64,000 bases of DNA from an uncultured Verrucomicrobiae bacterium (GTDB lineage: Bacteria > Chlamydiota > Chlamydiia > Chlamydiales > Rhabdochlamydiaceae): assembly GCA_963806855.1 (NCBI GenBank), contig CAWDYW010000001.1:160001-224000 (forward strand). The letters are read 5' to 3'. The notes beneath the pieces were generated by a model. That model ran no database searches, was not told the DNA's origin, and saw nothing but the letters and a program-made list of their open reading frames with translations. Shown here one piece after another: positions 9,544-18,038 of this stretch. How positions within the stretch are numbered: position 1 is the stretch's first letter; each line of letters opens with the position of its first letter. Position numbers and translations under genes: made by a program.

Positions 9544-10422
9544 TCAATCAATTTCGGTATAATTCATCCTCTCTCTGAGTTTTGGGACAAATCGTTGAAT
9601 TGTAAAATCCTCGGTCTCATTAAAAAGGGGATATTGCTTAATTATAGTTTCAGCTTGCCCTCTTAACTGGATTTGTCTAGGTACTTTTACGTTCCAAAAG
9701 TAGCTGTTATCACGAGTATAATAATGATTGATTTTTAGTTTGTCGAATAGAACTGGGATGTTATGAGGTCCGAGGAATTTCTCTTTGTCTGTATTCACTT
9801 GGAAAAATCCATCTTTGTATTTAGCAATATGAGGATGAGGGTAAGTGATGACACGATCAGGCTGAACTATACTTTTGATATGAGAATTTAATTCTGCTGA
9901 AGAACAGCAAATTAACTGTTCGATCATCAATCTTTCTGGCGTGAGAACATCTATATTTGAAGTGCCGAATACATGCCAATTTGGGCAAACGCCACCAAAT
10001 TCTTCATAGTCTTTAAGCAATTCAACTAAGGAATCGTGATGGACAGGTACAAGAAATTCATCCGAATCAATGAAAGCTACCCACTTACTAATGCCTCGCG
10101 ATTTCTCAATGATATCACTAAAATGGCCACGTTGTAACAGGCGGAAGAAACCATGATGCCGTTTGTCTGGATCATCCTCGATAAATTCCTTTAATTCGAC
10201 AATCCCCTCACTAATATAAGGCTCTAAAACCTCCCTGTAATGATCCTTGCTGGAATGATTGCATAAGTAGAAATGCTCCACTCCGACTAAACGATGGAAT
10301 TCAATCCACTCTTTCAAGTAAGGCGCCTCATCGCGAAATATCATGCAGACAGATAACTCATATTGGTAGCCAAAGCATACCGAAGTAATTAAGAAAAAAA
10401 AGCACACAAATTTACTCATCAT
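9544..10422 (-). CDS. Glycosyltransferase family 92 / GT2-like protein
   Basis: SVCMIFRDEAPYLKEWIEFHRLVGVEHFYL, WVAFIDSDEFL, INHYYTR; start moved to MMSKF at 10422. Confidence 0.8.
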   Translation of the reverse strand: MMSKFVCFFFLITSVCFGYQYELSVCMIFRDEAPYLKEWIEFHRLVGVEHFYLCNHSSKDHYREVLEPYISEGIVELKEFIEDDPDKRHHGFFRLLQRGHFSDIIEKSRGISKWVAFIDSDEFLVPVHHDSLVELLKDYEEFGGVCPNWHVFGTSNIDVLTPERLMIEQLICCSSAELNSHIKSIVQPDRVITYPHPHIAKYKDGFFQVNTDKEKFLGPHNIPVLFDKLKINHYYTRDNSYFWNVKVPRQIQLRGQAETIIKQYPLFNETEDFTIQRFVPKLRERMNYTEID

Positions 10423-10486
10423 TACTACAGTATACAGAAAATGGAGAATATGTGTATATTGTCTTCTCTTAATACATCGGAGGAAC

Positions 10487-11452
10487 ATGAAAAAAATCGG
10501 TCTTCTATTGTTCATCCTCATAAGCTTCGGTTCACTTGATGCAGTGCCCCTAACCAACTGGCGACAGAATGCAGTGATTAAAGCTACGGCGAGAAAACCA
10601 GCGCGCACTGCTGTCCTGATCATTTCCGTACCCTTGGAAAACAGTCCGACGTCACATCGTTGGAAATTAGGTAAGAAAGTATGGGAGCAGTATATGAATA
10701 GCCATCCGGATGTGGATTGTTATTTTGTACAATGTACAAGTTCCAGATCAGGACAAGAAGAGGTGTGGATTGAAGGAAATACAATTTATATTGGGGATCC
10801 GCATTATGCAAATAATGGCGATCGAATACTCTATAAAACCATCGCTGCAATAGAATGTCTAGTGCCGGATTATACTCACTTCATTCGGACAAATTTAAAC
10901 ACATTTATCAATCTAAAAAATGTTCATGAGTATATGGAAACTCACCATCAAAGCTTTTACACAGCTGCGATTTGGCAGACAGAGTGGTACTCCATAGGTT
11001 ATGGGATTTTATTTACAGCCGATGTAGCCGCCCATATTGCCAGCGAATATCGACGGTTGGAAAAGATGAAAAGGGAGTTGTTAAGTGCAAGTCATGCAGA
11101 TGATTGTGTTCTTACTTCTCTTGCAACGGGGGTCAATCCTCTTCTAAAACAGCACCCCTTTCGCAGTTGCCCCACTCTCCCCCCTGGCGTTCGGCAAGGA
11201 ATGAGTATTGAATCATTTGGATCACCACGAATTAGCCCGTACGCATCTTATTTACTCCAGCCCATTACCCTTGCGCAAGCAATAGCATATTGTGAAGCAG
11301 CACCGCCGACAATGATGTTGTATCGCACGCGAGAAGGATTTACAATAACAGAACTTGCACAGTTTTATGAATATTTATTACAGAAAAATTATCCTGAATT
11401 ACCCTCGATCGATTTAGTGGGATATGTAATGAATAAACACTTAAAGCTATAA
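10487..11452 (+). CDS. Secreted glycosyltransferase-like protein (GT31-like), paralogue of 6990..7961
   Basis: KTIAAIECL...FIRTNLNTFIN...ADDCVL; signal peptide. Confidence 0.55.
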   Translation: MKKIGLLLFILISFGSLDAVPLTNWRQNAVIKATARKPARTAVLIISVPLENSPTSHRWKLGKKVWEQYMNSHPDVDCYFVQCTSSRSGQEEVWIEGNTIYIGDPHYANNGDRILYKTIAAIECLVPDYTHFIRTNLNTFINLKNVHEYMETHHQSFYTAAIWQTEWYSIGYGILFTADVAAHIASEYRRLEKMKRELLSASHADDCVLTSLATGVNPLLKQHPFRSCPTLPPGVRQGMSIESFGSPRISPYASYLLQPITLAQAIAYCEAAPPTMMLYRTREGFTITELAQFYEYLLQKNYPELPSIDLVGYVMNKHLKL

Positions 11453-11609
11453 CGCGCGCGGTTACACCTTTGAAAATCGATTGGTGAGGCTACCATAAAT
11501 AATGTGAGGCACCGCAATAAAAAATCGCCAAGTTTGAAAAAATTTGGTTAAAATAGCTCGATGGTGATAGCATTCTGGATGCAAAAAACCTCTCAGGAAA
11601 TGGATAAAT

Positions 11610-12326
11610 ATGAAACGAAATTTCTTTCGGCTTTTTCTCTTGCTTTTCACAATGATGACATCTGTTTATGCTTCAACAGATCAAAGAGTGGACCAACTTG
11701 TTGAGCATGTAAAACGATGTATTGCTCTTGGTGAGCAAAAAAAATCTCCACTTACCGATGCTGTCCTTAATATACCTGGGATGTCTGGCTACAAGGTCAA
11801 ACATTTTTTAAATAACCTCTGCTCGATCCCCGGTACTTCTTATTTGGAAATTGGCTGTTGGAAAGGTTCTACACTTGTTGCTGCTCTTTATGGAAATGAA
11901 CGGAACGTCAGATATGCTGTTGCAATAGATAACTGGACAGAATTTGGAGGTCCAAGGAATGAATTTATATCGAATACTCGACACTTCCTCACTCCAAACA
12001 TGCTCCATTTTTATGAACAAGATTGTTTTTCTATCAATAAAATTGCCTGTTTTTCAGTTCCGGTGAATATCTATTTCTATGATGGGCAACATTCAGCTGA
12101 AAGCCAAGAGCGGGCCTTCACCTATTTTGATGAGGTCTTCGATGATGTTTTTATCGCCATTGTCGACGATTGGAATTGGGAGGCTGTAAGAGAAGGGACC
12201 TACTCTGCATTTACCAAACTCAATTATGAGATTTGTTTTGATCAGGCTCTATATACAAATAAAGAAGGCGATCCGGAGAGTTGGTGGAATGGAATTTACG
12301 TCGCTGTGATTAAAAAATCTGCATGA
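11610..12326 (+). CDS. Class I SAM-dependent methyltransferase with signal peptide
   Basis: YLEIGCWKGST, AIDNW, YFYDGQHS, IVDDWNW. Confidence 0.8.
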   Translation: MKRNFFRLFLLLFTMMTSVYASTDQRVDQLVEHVKRCIALGEQKKSPLTDAVLNIPGMSGYKVKHFLNNLCSIPGTSYLEIGCWKGSTLVAALYGNERNVRYAVAIDNWTEFGGPRNEFISNTRHFLTPNMLHFYEQDCFSINKIACFSVPVNIYFYDGQHSAESQERAFTYFDEVFDDVFIAIVDDWNWEAVREGTYSAFTKLNYEICFDQALYTNKEGDPESWWNGIYVAVIKKSA

Positions 12327-12450
12327 ACTTTTTTCAGATGCAGGTCTCCTCAAGAAAAGTCTTCCCTCCTATGAGGCCCGAATTGGACAGCAGCAGATGT
12401 CAAAGCAGATTTGGGAGGCCTTTGAGAAGGAAACATCAGCGCTATACGAA
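12323..12450 (+). repeat. Diverged duplicate of the dinG 5' coding region (13813-13940)
   Basis: 128-bp ungapped match with 13 mismatches counted by eye, mostly synonymous; ends in an in-frame TAA. Confidence 0.9.
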
Positions 12451-12532
12451 TAATCATGGTTTAACAATTCTTAAACGAATCGGATCATGAAAAGGTTAAC
12501 CTCTTAATTTTTAAGAGGTGAACATTTTGATT

Positions 12533-13626
12533 TCAATTCTCATAGAAAGGACTTTGTCTTCTGGAATATTCTACCAAAAGTCTATAGAGATATTCGTAAA
12601 CAGCTTCTTGAGACAAGACCTCTTTAGCGAGTATTTGTGCTCGTTGTGACATGTGTTGACATTCTAACGGATGCTGGTGAGCCCATTGTAGCTGAGCGAT
12701 AAGATCAGAGAGATCTTCCTCTACGGGAATAAAATGAGTATAAGGTATAAGCACTCTATAGAACCACTGGAATGAGTTGGTCATATTTTTTAATATGACA
12801 GAATTGGAGTGAAGAAGAAGCCCTAGCCTCGGCGCTGAAGCGCAATTTCCATCTATGTCCATCAAATATTTGTTTCGAATATAGTTAGTCATTTCAACAT
12901 AATTGCCAATATAGCCTTCTTTTTTTGCTTGTTCGAAAAATTGAGAATTGTGAAGGCTTATAGCAAATTTTGCATCGATCAAGCGAGGGTATTGAATTGA
13001 AAGGGCTACGAGCTGAGGTCGGGGAAATGTTTTCCAAGCAGAATAGCTAGAATTGTCGAAAACTCCAGAGTCTCCCCCTCTAAAAAAGAGAATATTTCGC
13101 TTGCCTCTCCAAGGAGACCTTCTATTTCCTTTAAGGACCTGAGATTTATCTGGTTCATAACCTTTGAGAGCGAACCAATCGGGAATGAGAATGACTCCTG
13201 GATCTTCTTTTCGTTTAGAAAGAATGCAGATGGGAAGAGGTAGATCTGAAGGAGTGTGAATTTCGTCATTCGCAGAGATTAAAAGATCGAGATCGGGAAG
13301 AGGCAATAAATAATGGAGTTCCTGAAAATGGGGAATATATCGATCAGGAACGCTATGAGTCAAAGCGCTGGGACTTTTTTCGATGCTCATTTGTCCGTTG
13401 ACAACGCGAATTCTAAAGAGGTTATTCTTGGCATTTGTAAAGAGTTCATCTAGGTTTTTTTTACTGAGATGATACGTAAAAGGAGCTAATTCTTCTTCGA
13501 TCTCATCAGCCATCCAGGAAGGCGCAGGCTCTTTCAATCTTTGATAGAAAAGCTGATAGTTAAAAGCTTCAAGAGATGAAAAAAAAGGACCACAGAAGTA
13601 AACAAACTTACAATGATGGTATTCAT
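12533..13626 (-). CDS. Glycosyltransferase family 90 (CAP10/POGLUT-like); apparent indel in the T-run of the signal peptide (~13580)
   Basis: LPDLDLLISANDE, PWRGKRNILFFRGGDSG, KYLMDIDGNCAS.RL..LL.SNSVILK, WFYRVLIPYTHFIPV; GGAG RBS and ATG at 13626. Confidence 0.85.
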
Positions 13627-13787
13627 GGTCCTCCTAAGTTTAGGGAGTAGTAATGTATTGGATTGAACTTTTTTATGCAATCTCTAAACTTAGACATTGT
13701 GCATTTTTGGCTTTCAGAAAATCATTGACATCATGGAACATTGATCTGTTTACCTGAATAGCATTTTAAACCTTGTTGAGAGATAAA

Positions 13788-15811
13788 ATGACAGAAACTA
13801 TAACTCTCTTGGATGAGCTTTTTTCCGATGCGGGTCTTCTTAAGAAAAGTCTTCCCTCCTATGAAGCGCGCATTGGACAGCAGCAGATGTCTAAGCAGAT
13901 TTGGGAGGCCTTTGAGAAGGATGCATCAGCGCTTTTCGAAGCGGGAACCGGCATTGGGAAAAGTCTCGCCTATCTCATCCCGGCCCTTCTGTGGAGCTTT
14001 CGGACCGGCGAGAAAATCGTCGTTTCGACCTATACGATCGCTCTTCAAGAACAGCTCATAGAAAAAGATATCCCGATGCTCCTTAAGGCCCTTGGGCTCG
14101 AATTGAGGGTAGTGCTCGCGAAGGGGATGGGCAATTACCTCTGTCTGCGCAAGCTCGAAGAGGTTTCAAAACAGCACGGTTTGTTTGATCAATCGGTTGA
14201 GCCCCTTGTCACATGGGCTGCGAAGACGACAGATGGAACGAAATCGGCTATCCCCTTTTCTATCTCGGGAGAGACCTGGGGACAGGTTTTTGCTGAATCG
14301 GATGCTTGTGCTTACGTAAAATGTCCGCACTACAAGCAATGCTTCTTTTTTAAGGCGCGGGCCAAGGTGCAAGACGCCGATATCATCATCGTCAATCACC
14401 ATTTGCTGATGGCCAACCTCCTTGCGAGTGAAAATCAATCGATTCTGCCTCCGTTTACTCGGCTGATTGTCGATGAGGCGCACCATCTCGAGCATGTGGC
14501 ACGCAGCTCGCTTACCCAAACACTCGATCGGATTCAGCTATTTAAAATCCTCGCCCGCGTGCACTCTGAGCATCACCCTGAATTGAGCCGGCTGATGTTT
14601 TTGAAAGAGGTCTTGAAACATGATAAAGTGCTGGCATTACGTCTTAGTGTCGATCTGCCAGGGGAAAAAAGGGATCTGACTCTCAAAATCAATACCGCCT
14701 TCGATCAACTTGACCAGCTCGTCTTGAACTCTTACAGGTCGCGCGTCAGCCCTGATTTGCTCAAAAATATGGAGGCACCCTTTTTAGAGGTTAAGGAGGG
14801 GCTGAAGCGGTACGCTGCCTCGCTAAGTAGCTTGGAAGGGTATGTGCCCGATGAGCTGAGGCAGAAGGTCGAGGGGGCTCTAGACGATATTGCAGGGGCG
14901 ATTCTGCGCCTAAAAGAGACGATTGCAACGATCGATGCGTTCTTTAAAAGCGAATCGGAGGGAAATGTCCGCTGGGCAGAAAAAACAGCCGAGGGGATTG
15001 TCTTATCACTAGCACAGCTCGATGTTGCTCCGTTCTTGCAAGAGAAGCTTTTTGATCCACTCAAAAGCACGGTACTGTGCAGCGCCACATTGACCATCGG
15101 TGAAAATTTTGAGCATGTTAAAAATAATCTCGGTCTCAAAGATGAAGTGGTGGAAGCAGTCTATCATTCCCCATTTGATTATAAAAACCGCACCCGTTTG
15201 CTCGGATTTCTGACCTTCCCCCGCCGAATGCTTATCACTTCATCAAGGATGCTTCACAGGTGATCCGTGAGGCGATCAAAATTAGCGGTGGAGGTGCATT
15301 TGTTCTCTTCACTTCGTACGACATGCTCAACAAATGCGCTCAGGAGCTCTTAGATCTCCCATTTCTGAAGCAGGGGGATCGACCTAGACATCAGCTCCTC
15401 GAAGAGTTTAAAAGCCGAAAAAATGGCATTCTCTTTGGAACTGATTCCTTTTGGGAAGGGGTCGATGTCGCCGGCGAAGCATTGAGGCTTGTCATCATCG
15501 TCAAATTGCCCTTTCCCGTCCCATCAGAACCACTGATTGAAGCTCGAGCTGAATATCTTAAGAAGCAGGGACGCGATCCATTCAATGAAGATTCGGTTCC
15601 TCAAGCCGTGATGAAGTTCAAGCAGGGATTCGGGAGGTTGATGCGGCGCAAGGATGATCGAGGATGTATTTTATGTCTGGACGAGCGGCTCTTTAACCGC
15701 CCCTATGGAAAAACCTTTTTAAAGAGCCTTCCCGAATGTGTCACCTCTTTCCAGCCCAAGAAGATCATCTTTGATGAAATGAGAAAATTCTACGAGCCAT
15801 TGCCGATGTGA
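13788..15811 (+). CDS. dinG: ATP-dependent DNA helicase, DinG/YoaA family; apparent frameshift ~15210
   Basis: EAGTGIGKSLAYL, DEAHH, SATL, LFTSY, SFWEGVDV, KQGFGRLMR motifs across two frames. Confidence 0.92.
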
Positions 15812-15898
15812 ATTCATTGAATAAGGGTATTTTGAATTGATTCAAAATGCTCTTCTGAATTAAACTCCTCCTTTATAGTTTCATTTTTTGGAGTTTTT

Positions 15899-16321
15899 AT
15901 GAATGAGAATGATTTGAAAATCAGAAAACAGTGGCTCGTTATATGGATCCTTTCCATGTCGATTAGTTTTATCACTATGCTATTGCAGATGCTATTTGAT
16001 CATTCGCCTAATCTGCCCCCCGTAGTTCAATATTGGATCGGGGCCATTTCTTTACTCAGTATTGGGGCTTTAAACTATGTAGCCTATCGTTGTATCTACA
16101 AGAAACCTGGAACCAAACTCCTCACTCTTTTTCTTATATTCTCAGTAATCGCCCTTCCCGTGACGCCTATTCTCTATCTTAAGGGCCAACTAGAGCCACT
16201 TCCTTATATTCCCTATTATGGAGTTTTCTTGCTTATGTCTGAGGTGATCGGCATTGTATGGATTATCGTATGCTGGAGAATGAGGAAAGCAAATAAAAGA
16301 TTGCAGGCACTAAAAGGCTAA
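15899..16321 (+). CDS. Hypothetical 4-TM membrane protein
   Basis: 140-aa ORF with four hydrophobic helices. Confidence 0.65.
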   Translation: MNENDLKIRKQWLVIWILSMSISFITMLLQMLFDHSPNLPPVVQYWIGAISLLSIGALNYVAYRCIYKKPGTKLLTLFLIFSVIALPVTPILYLKGQLEPLPYIPYYGVFLLMSEVIGIVWIIVCWRMRKANKRLQALKG

Positions 16322-16944
16322 TAGGTCTTGCCCATCTCGCTAGCTACTTTGAGACATAAAGCTTCATTTTCTTTCGCTTTTGTAGGATCTCCGAGCGTTC
16401 CATCAGCAACGATCTCTCGGATGTCCTTAAAGCCGATAAACTGGAGCCATAGCTTCATGTAAGGCTTTTCCATATCGTACGCTTCCGCCCCAGACCCTAG
16501 ACGATAGCCACCGCCGCTAGAGTACACGATGACTGCGGGCTTGCCTGTGACTAGGCCAATGTAGCTTCCTTGAGGGGAGACGTTAAAAGCCAATCCGGGT
16601 TGAGTGAGGATGTCAATGTAGTGTTTCAGCCGATAAGGGATGCTAAAGTTCCACATCGGCAAGCTGAAGAGATATTTATCAGCGCTGGCAAACTGGTGAA
16701 ACATATCTTTCACCCGCTGCCATGCTTCCTGCTCGCCTTTGTTCTGAGATTGTTGATGCATTACCGCATACTTTGCATTGATCGTATCTCCATCAAAAGG
16801 GGGAAGATCCATATGCCATAGATCTAGCTCTTCGACGGTATCCTTTGGATGTGTTGCACGGTACGAATCGAGAAACTGTTTAGCTACCCGAGATGAGTGT
16901 GAACGGTCCCGTGGTGATGTTTTGACATAGATCAACTTGGCCAT
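16318..16944 (-). CDS. azoR: FMN-dependent NADH-azoreductase (AcpD/AzoR)
   Basis: KTSPRDRSHS, PMWNFSIPYRLKHYID, SSGGGY motifs. Confidence 0.9.
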   Translation of the reverse strand: MAKLIYVKTSPRDRSHSSRVAKQFLDSYRATHPKDTVEELDLWHMDLPPFDGDTINAKYAVMHQQSQNKGEQEAWQRVKDMFHQFASADKYLFSLPMWNFSIPYRLKHYIDILTQPGLAFNVSPQGSYIGLVTGKPAVIVYSSGGGYRLGSGAEAYDMEKPYMKLWLQFIGFKDIREIVADGTLGDPTKAKENEALCLKVASEMGKTY

Positions 16945-17040
16945 AGCAACTCCTTTTCGGATTTACCATAATCTACAGGTAGACATTTTTTTTTACCATT
17001 TTTTCTTTAGATTTTTTTTGAAAATGTTATCTTTCAGAGA

Positions 17041-17750
17041 ATGAGCAAGAATAATTTTTTAAGGAAAATAGCACATTGGGGACCTCTTCTGATCATCGCT
17101 ATCGCGTTGACCCTTTTCTTTATTTTTGGCCTGAAAAAGTACTTCACAATTGAGTCGCTGAAAAAGTATCAATCTACACTAACGCAGCTGATTGCCGACC
17201 ATCGGTTATTATCACCTATTGTTTACATGGCTCTCTATGCTCTTACAACAACATTTTTACTCCCGGTCGGGGTATTTCTCTCTATAATAGGAGGCTTTTT
17301 CTTCTCACATCCGCTAGCTGAGCTTTATATTTTAGTAGGAACCACCTCTGGGGCATGCGTTGTTTATCTTGCCGCAAAAGGTCCCCTGCATGAGGTCTTT
17401 CTGAATAAAGCTGGCCCTGGCTTAAAAAAATTAAAAAGGAATTTAAAAGTAATGATGTGAACTATCTCCTTTTTCTACGCGTGGTTCCTTTTTCCCCTTT
17501 TTGGCTTGTAAATCTAGCTTGTTCATTTTTTGGAGTTCGTTTTTGGACATTTGCCTGGGCAACATTTGTTGGGAATATCCCATCGACAATTATTTTTGTC
17601 GATATAGGAACTCAGGTAGATAAAATTTTGAAAATAAGCGGACCTATTTCAGCGTCCTCTTTCTTGAGTTGGCATATGATCCTATTGTTGATTGTCACAG
17701 CTCTTTTTTTCCTCATTCCCATTTTTGTCAAAAAATTAAAATCTGAATGA
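17041..17750 (+). CDS. TVP38/TMEM64 (DedA/VTT-domain) membrane protein; apparent indel ~17430
   Basis: LPVGVFLSIIGGFFF...GTTSGA, then YLLFLRVVPFSPFWLVNLACS in the next frame. Confidence 0.85.
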
Positions 17751-17794
17751 TAGAAAATTGTGTTCTCAAGGTACGAAAAAAGGTTGCAATAGCA

Positions 17795-17867
17795 TCCCGA
17801 ATGTGCCACCACTTTCCAGCCAAAGAAGATCATCTTTGATGAGATGAAGAGATTTTATGGAGCGTAG
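17795..17867 (+). repeat. Diverged duplicate of the dinG 3' end (15730-15793), running into tRNA-Ala
   Basis: Encodes PECATTFQPKKIIFDEMKRFYGA* versus dinG PECVTSFQPKKIIFDEMRKFYEPLPM*. Confidence 0.88.
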
Positions 17868-17930
17868 CGGGGTCGAACCGCTGACCTCAACAATGCCATT
17901 GTTGCGCTCTACCAACTGAGCTAACGCCCC
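17858..17930 (-). tRNA. tRNA-Ala(GGC)
   Basis: GGGGCGTTAGCTCAGTTGGTAGAGCGCAACAATGGCATTGTTGAGGTCAGCGGTTCGACCCCGCTACGCTCCA; cloverleaf with GGC anticodon and TTCGA T-loop. Confidence 0.97.
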
Positions 17931-18038
17931 ACAAAGCGATCAATGATACTAAGTTCTCCCTTTTTCAACAAGTTATTCTCTCAGGGATTGCCTTGTATAG
18001 GAAAATAGTTTGTAGATACATTATTCTTCAGATAGCTT

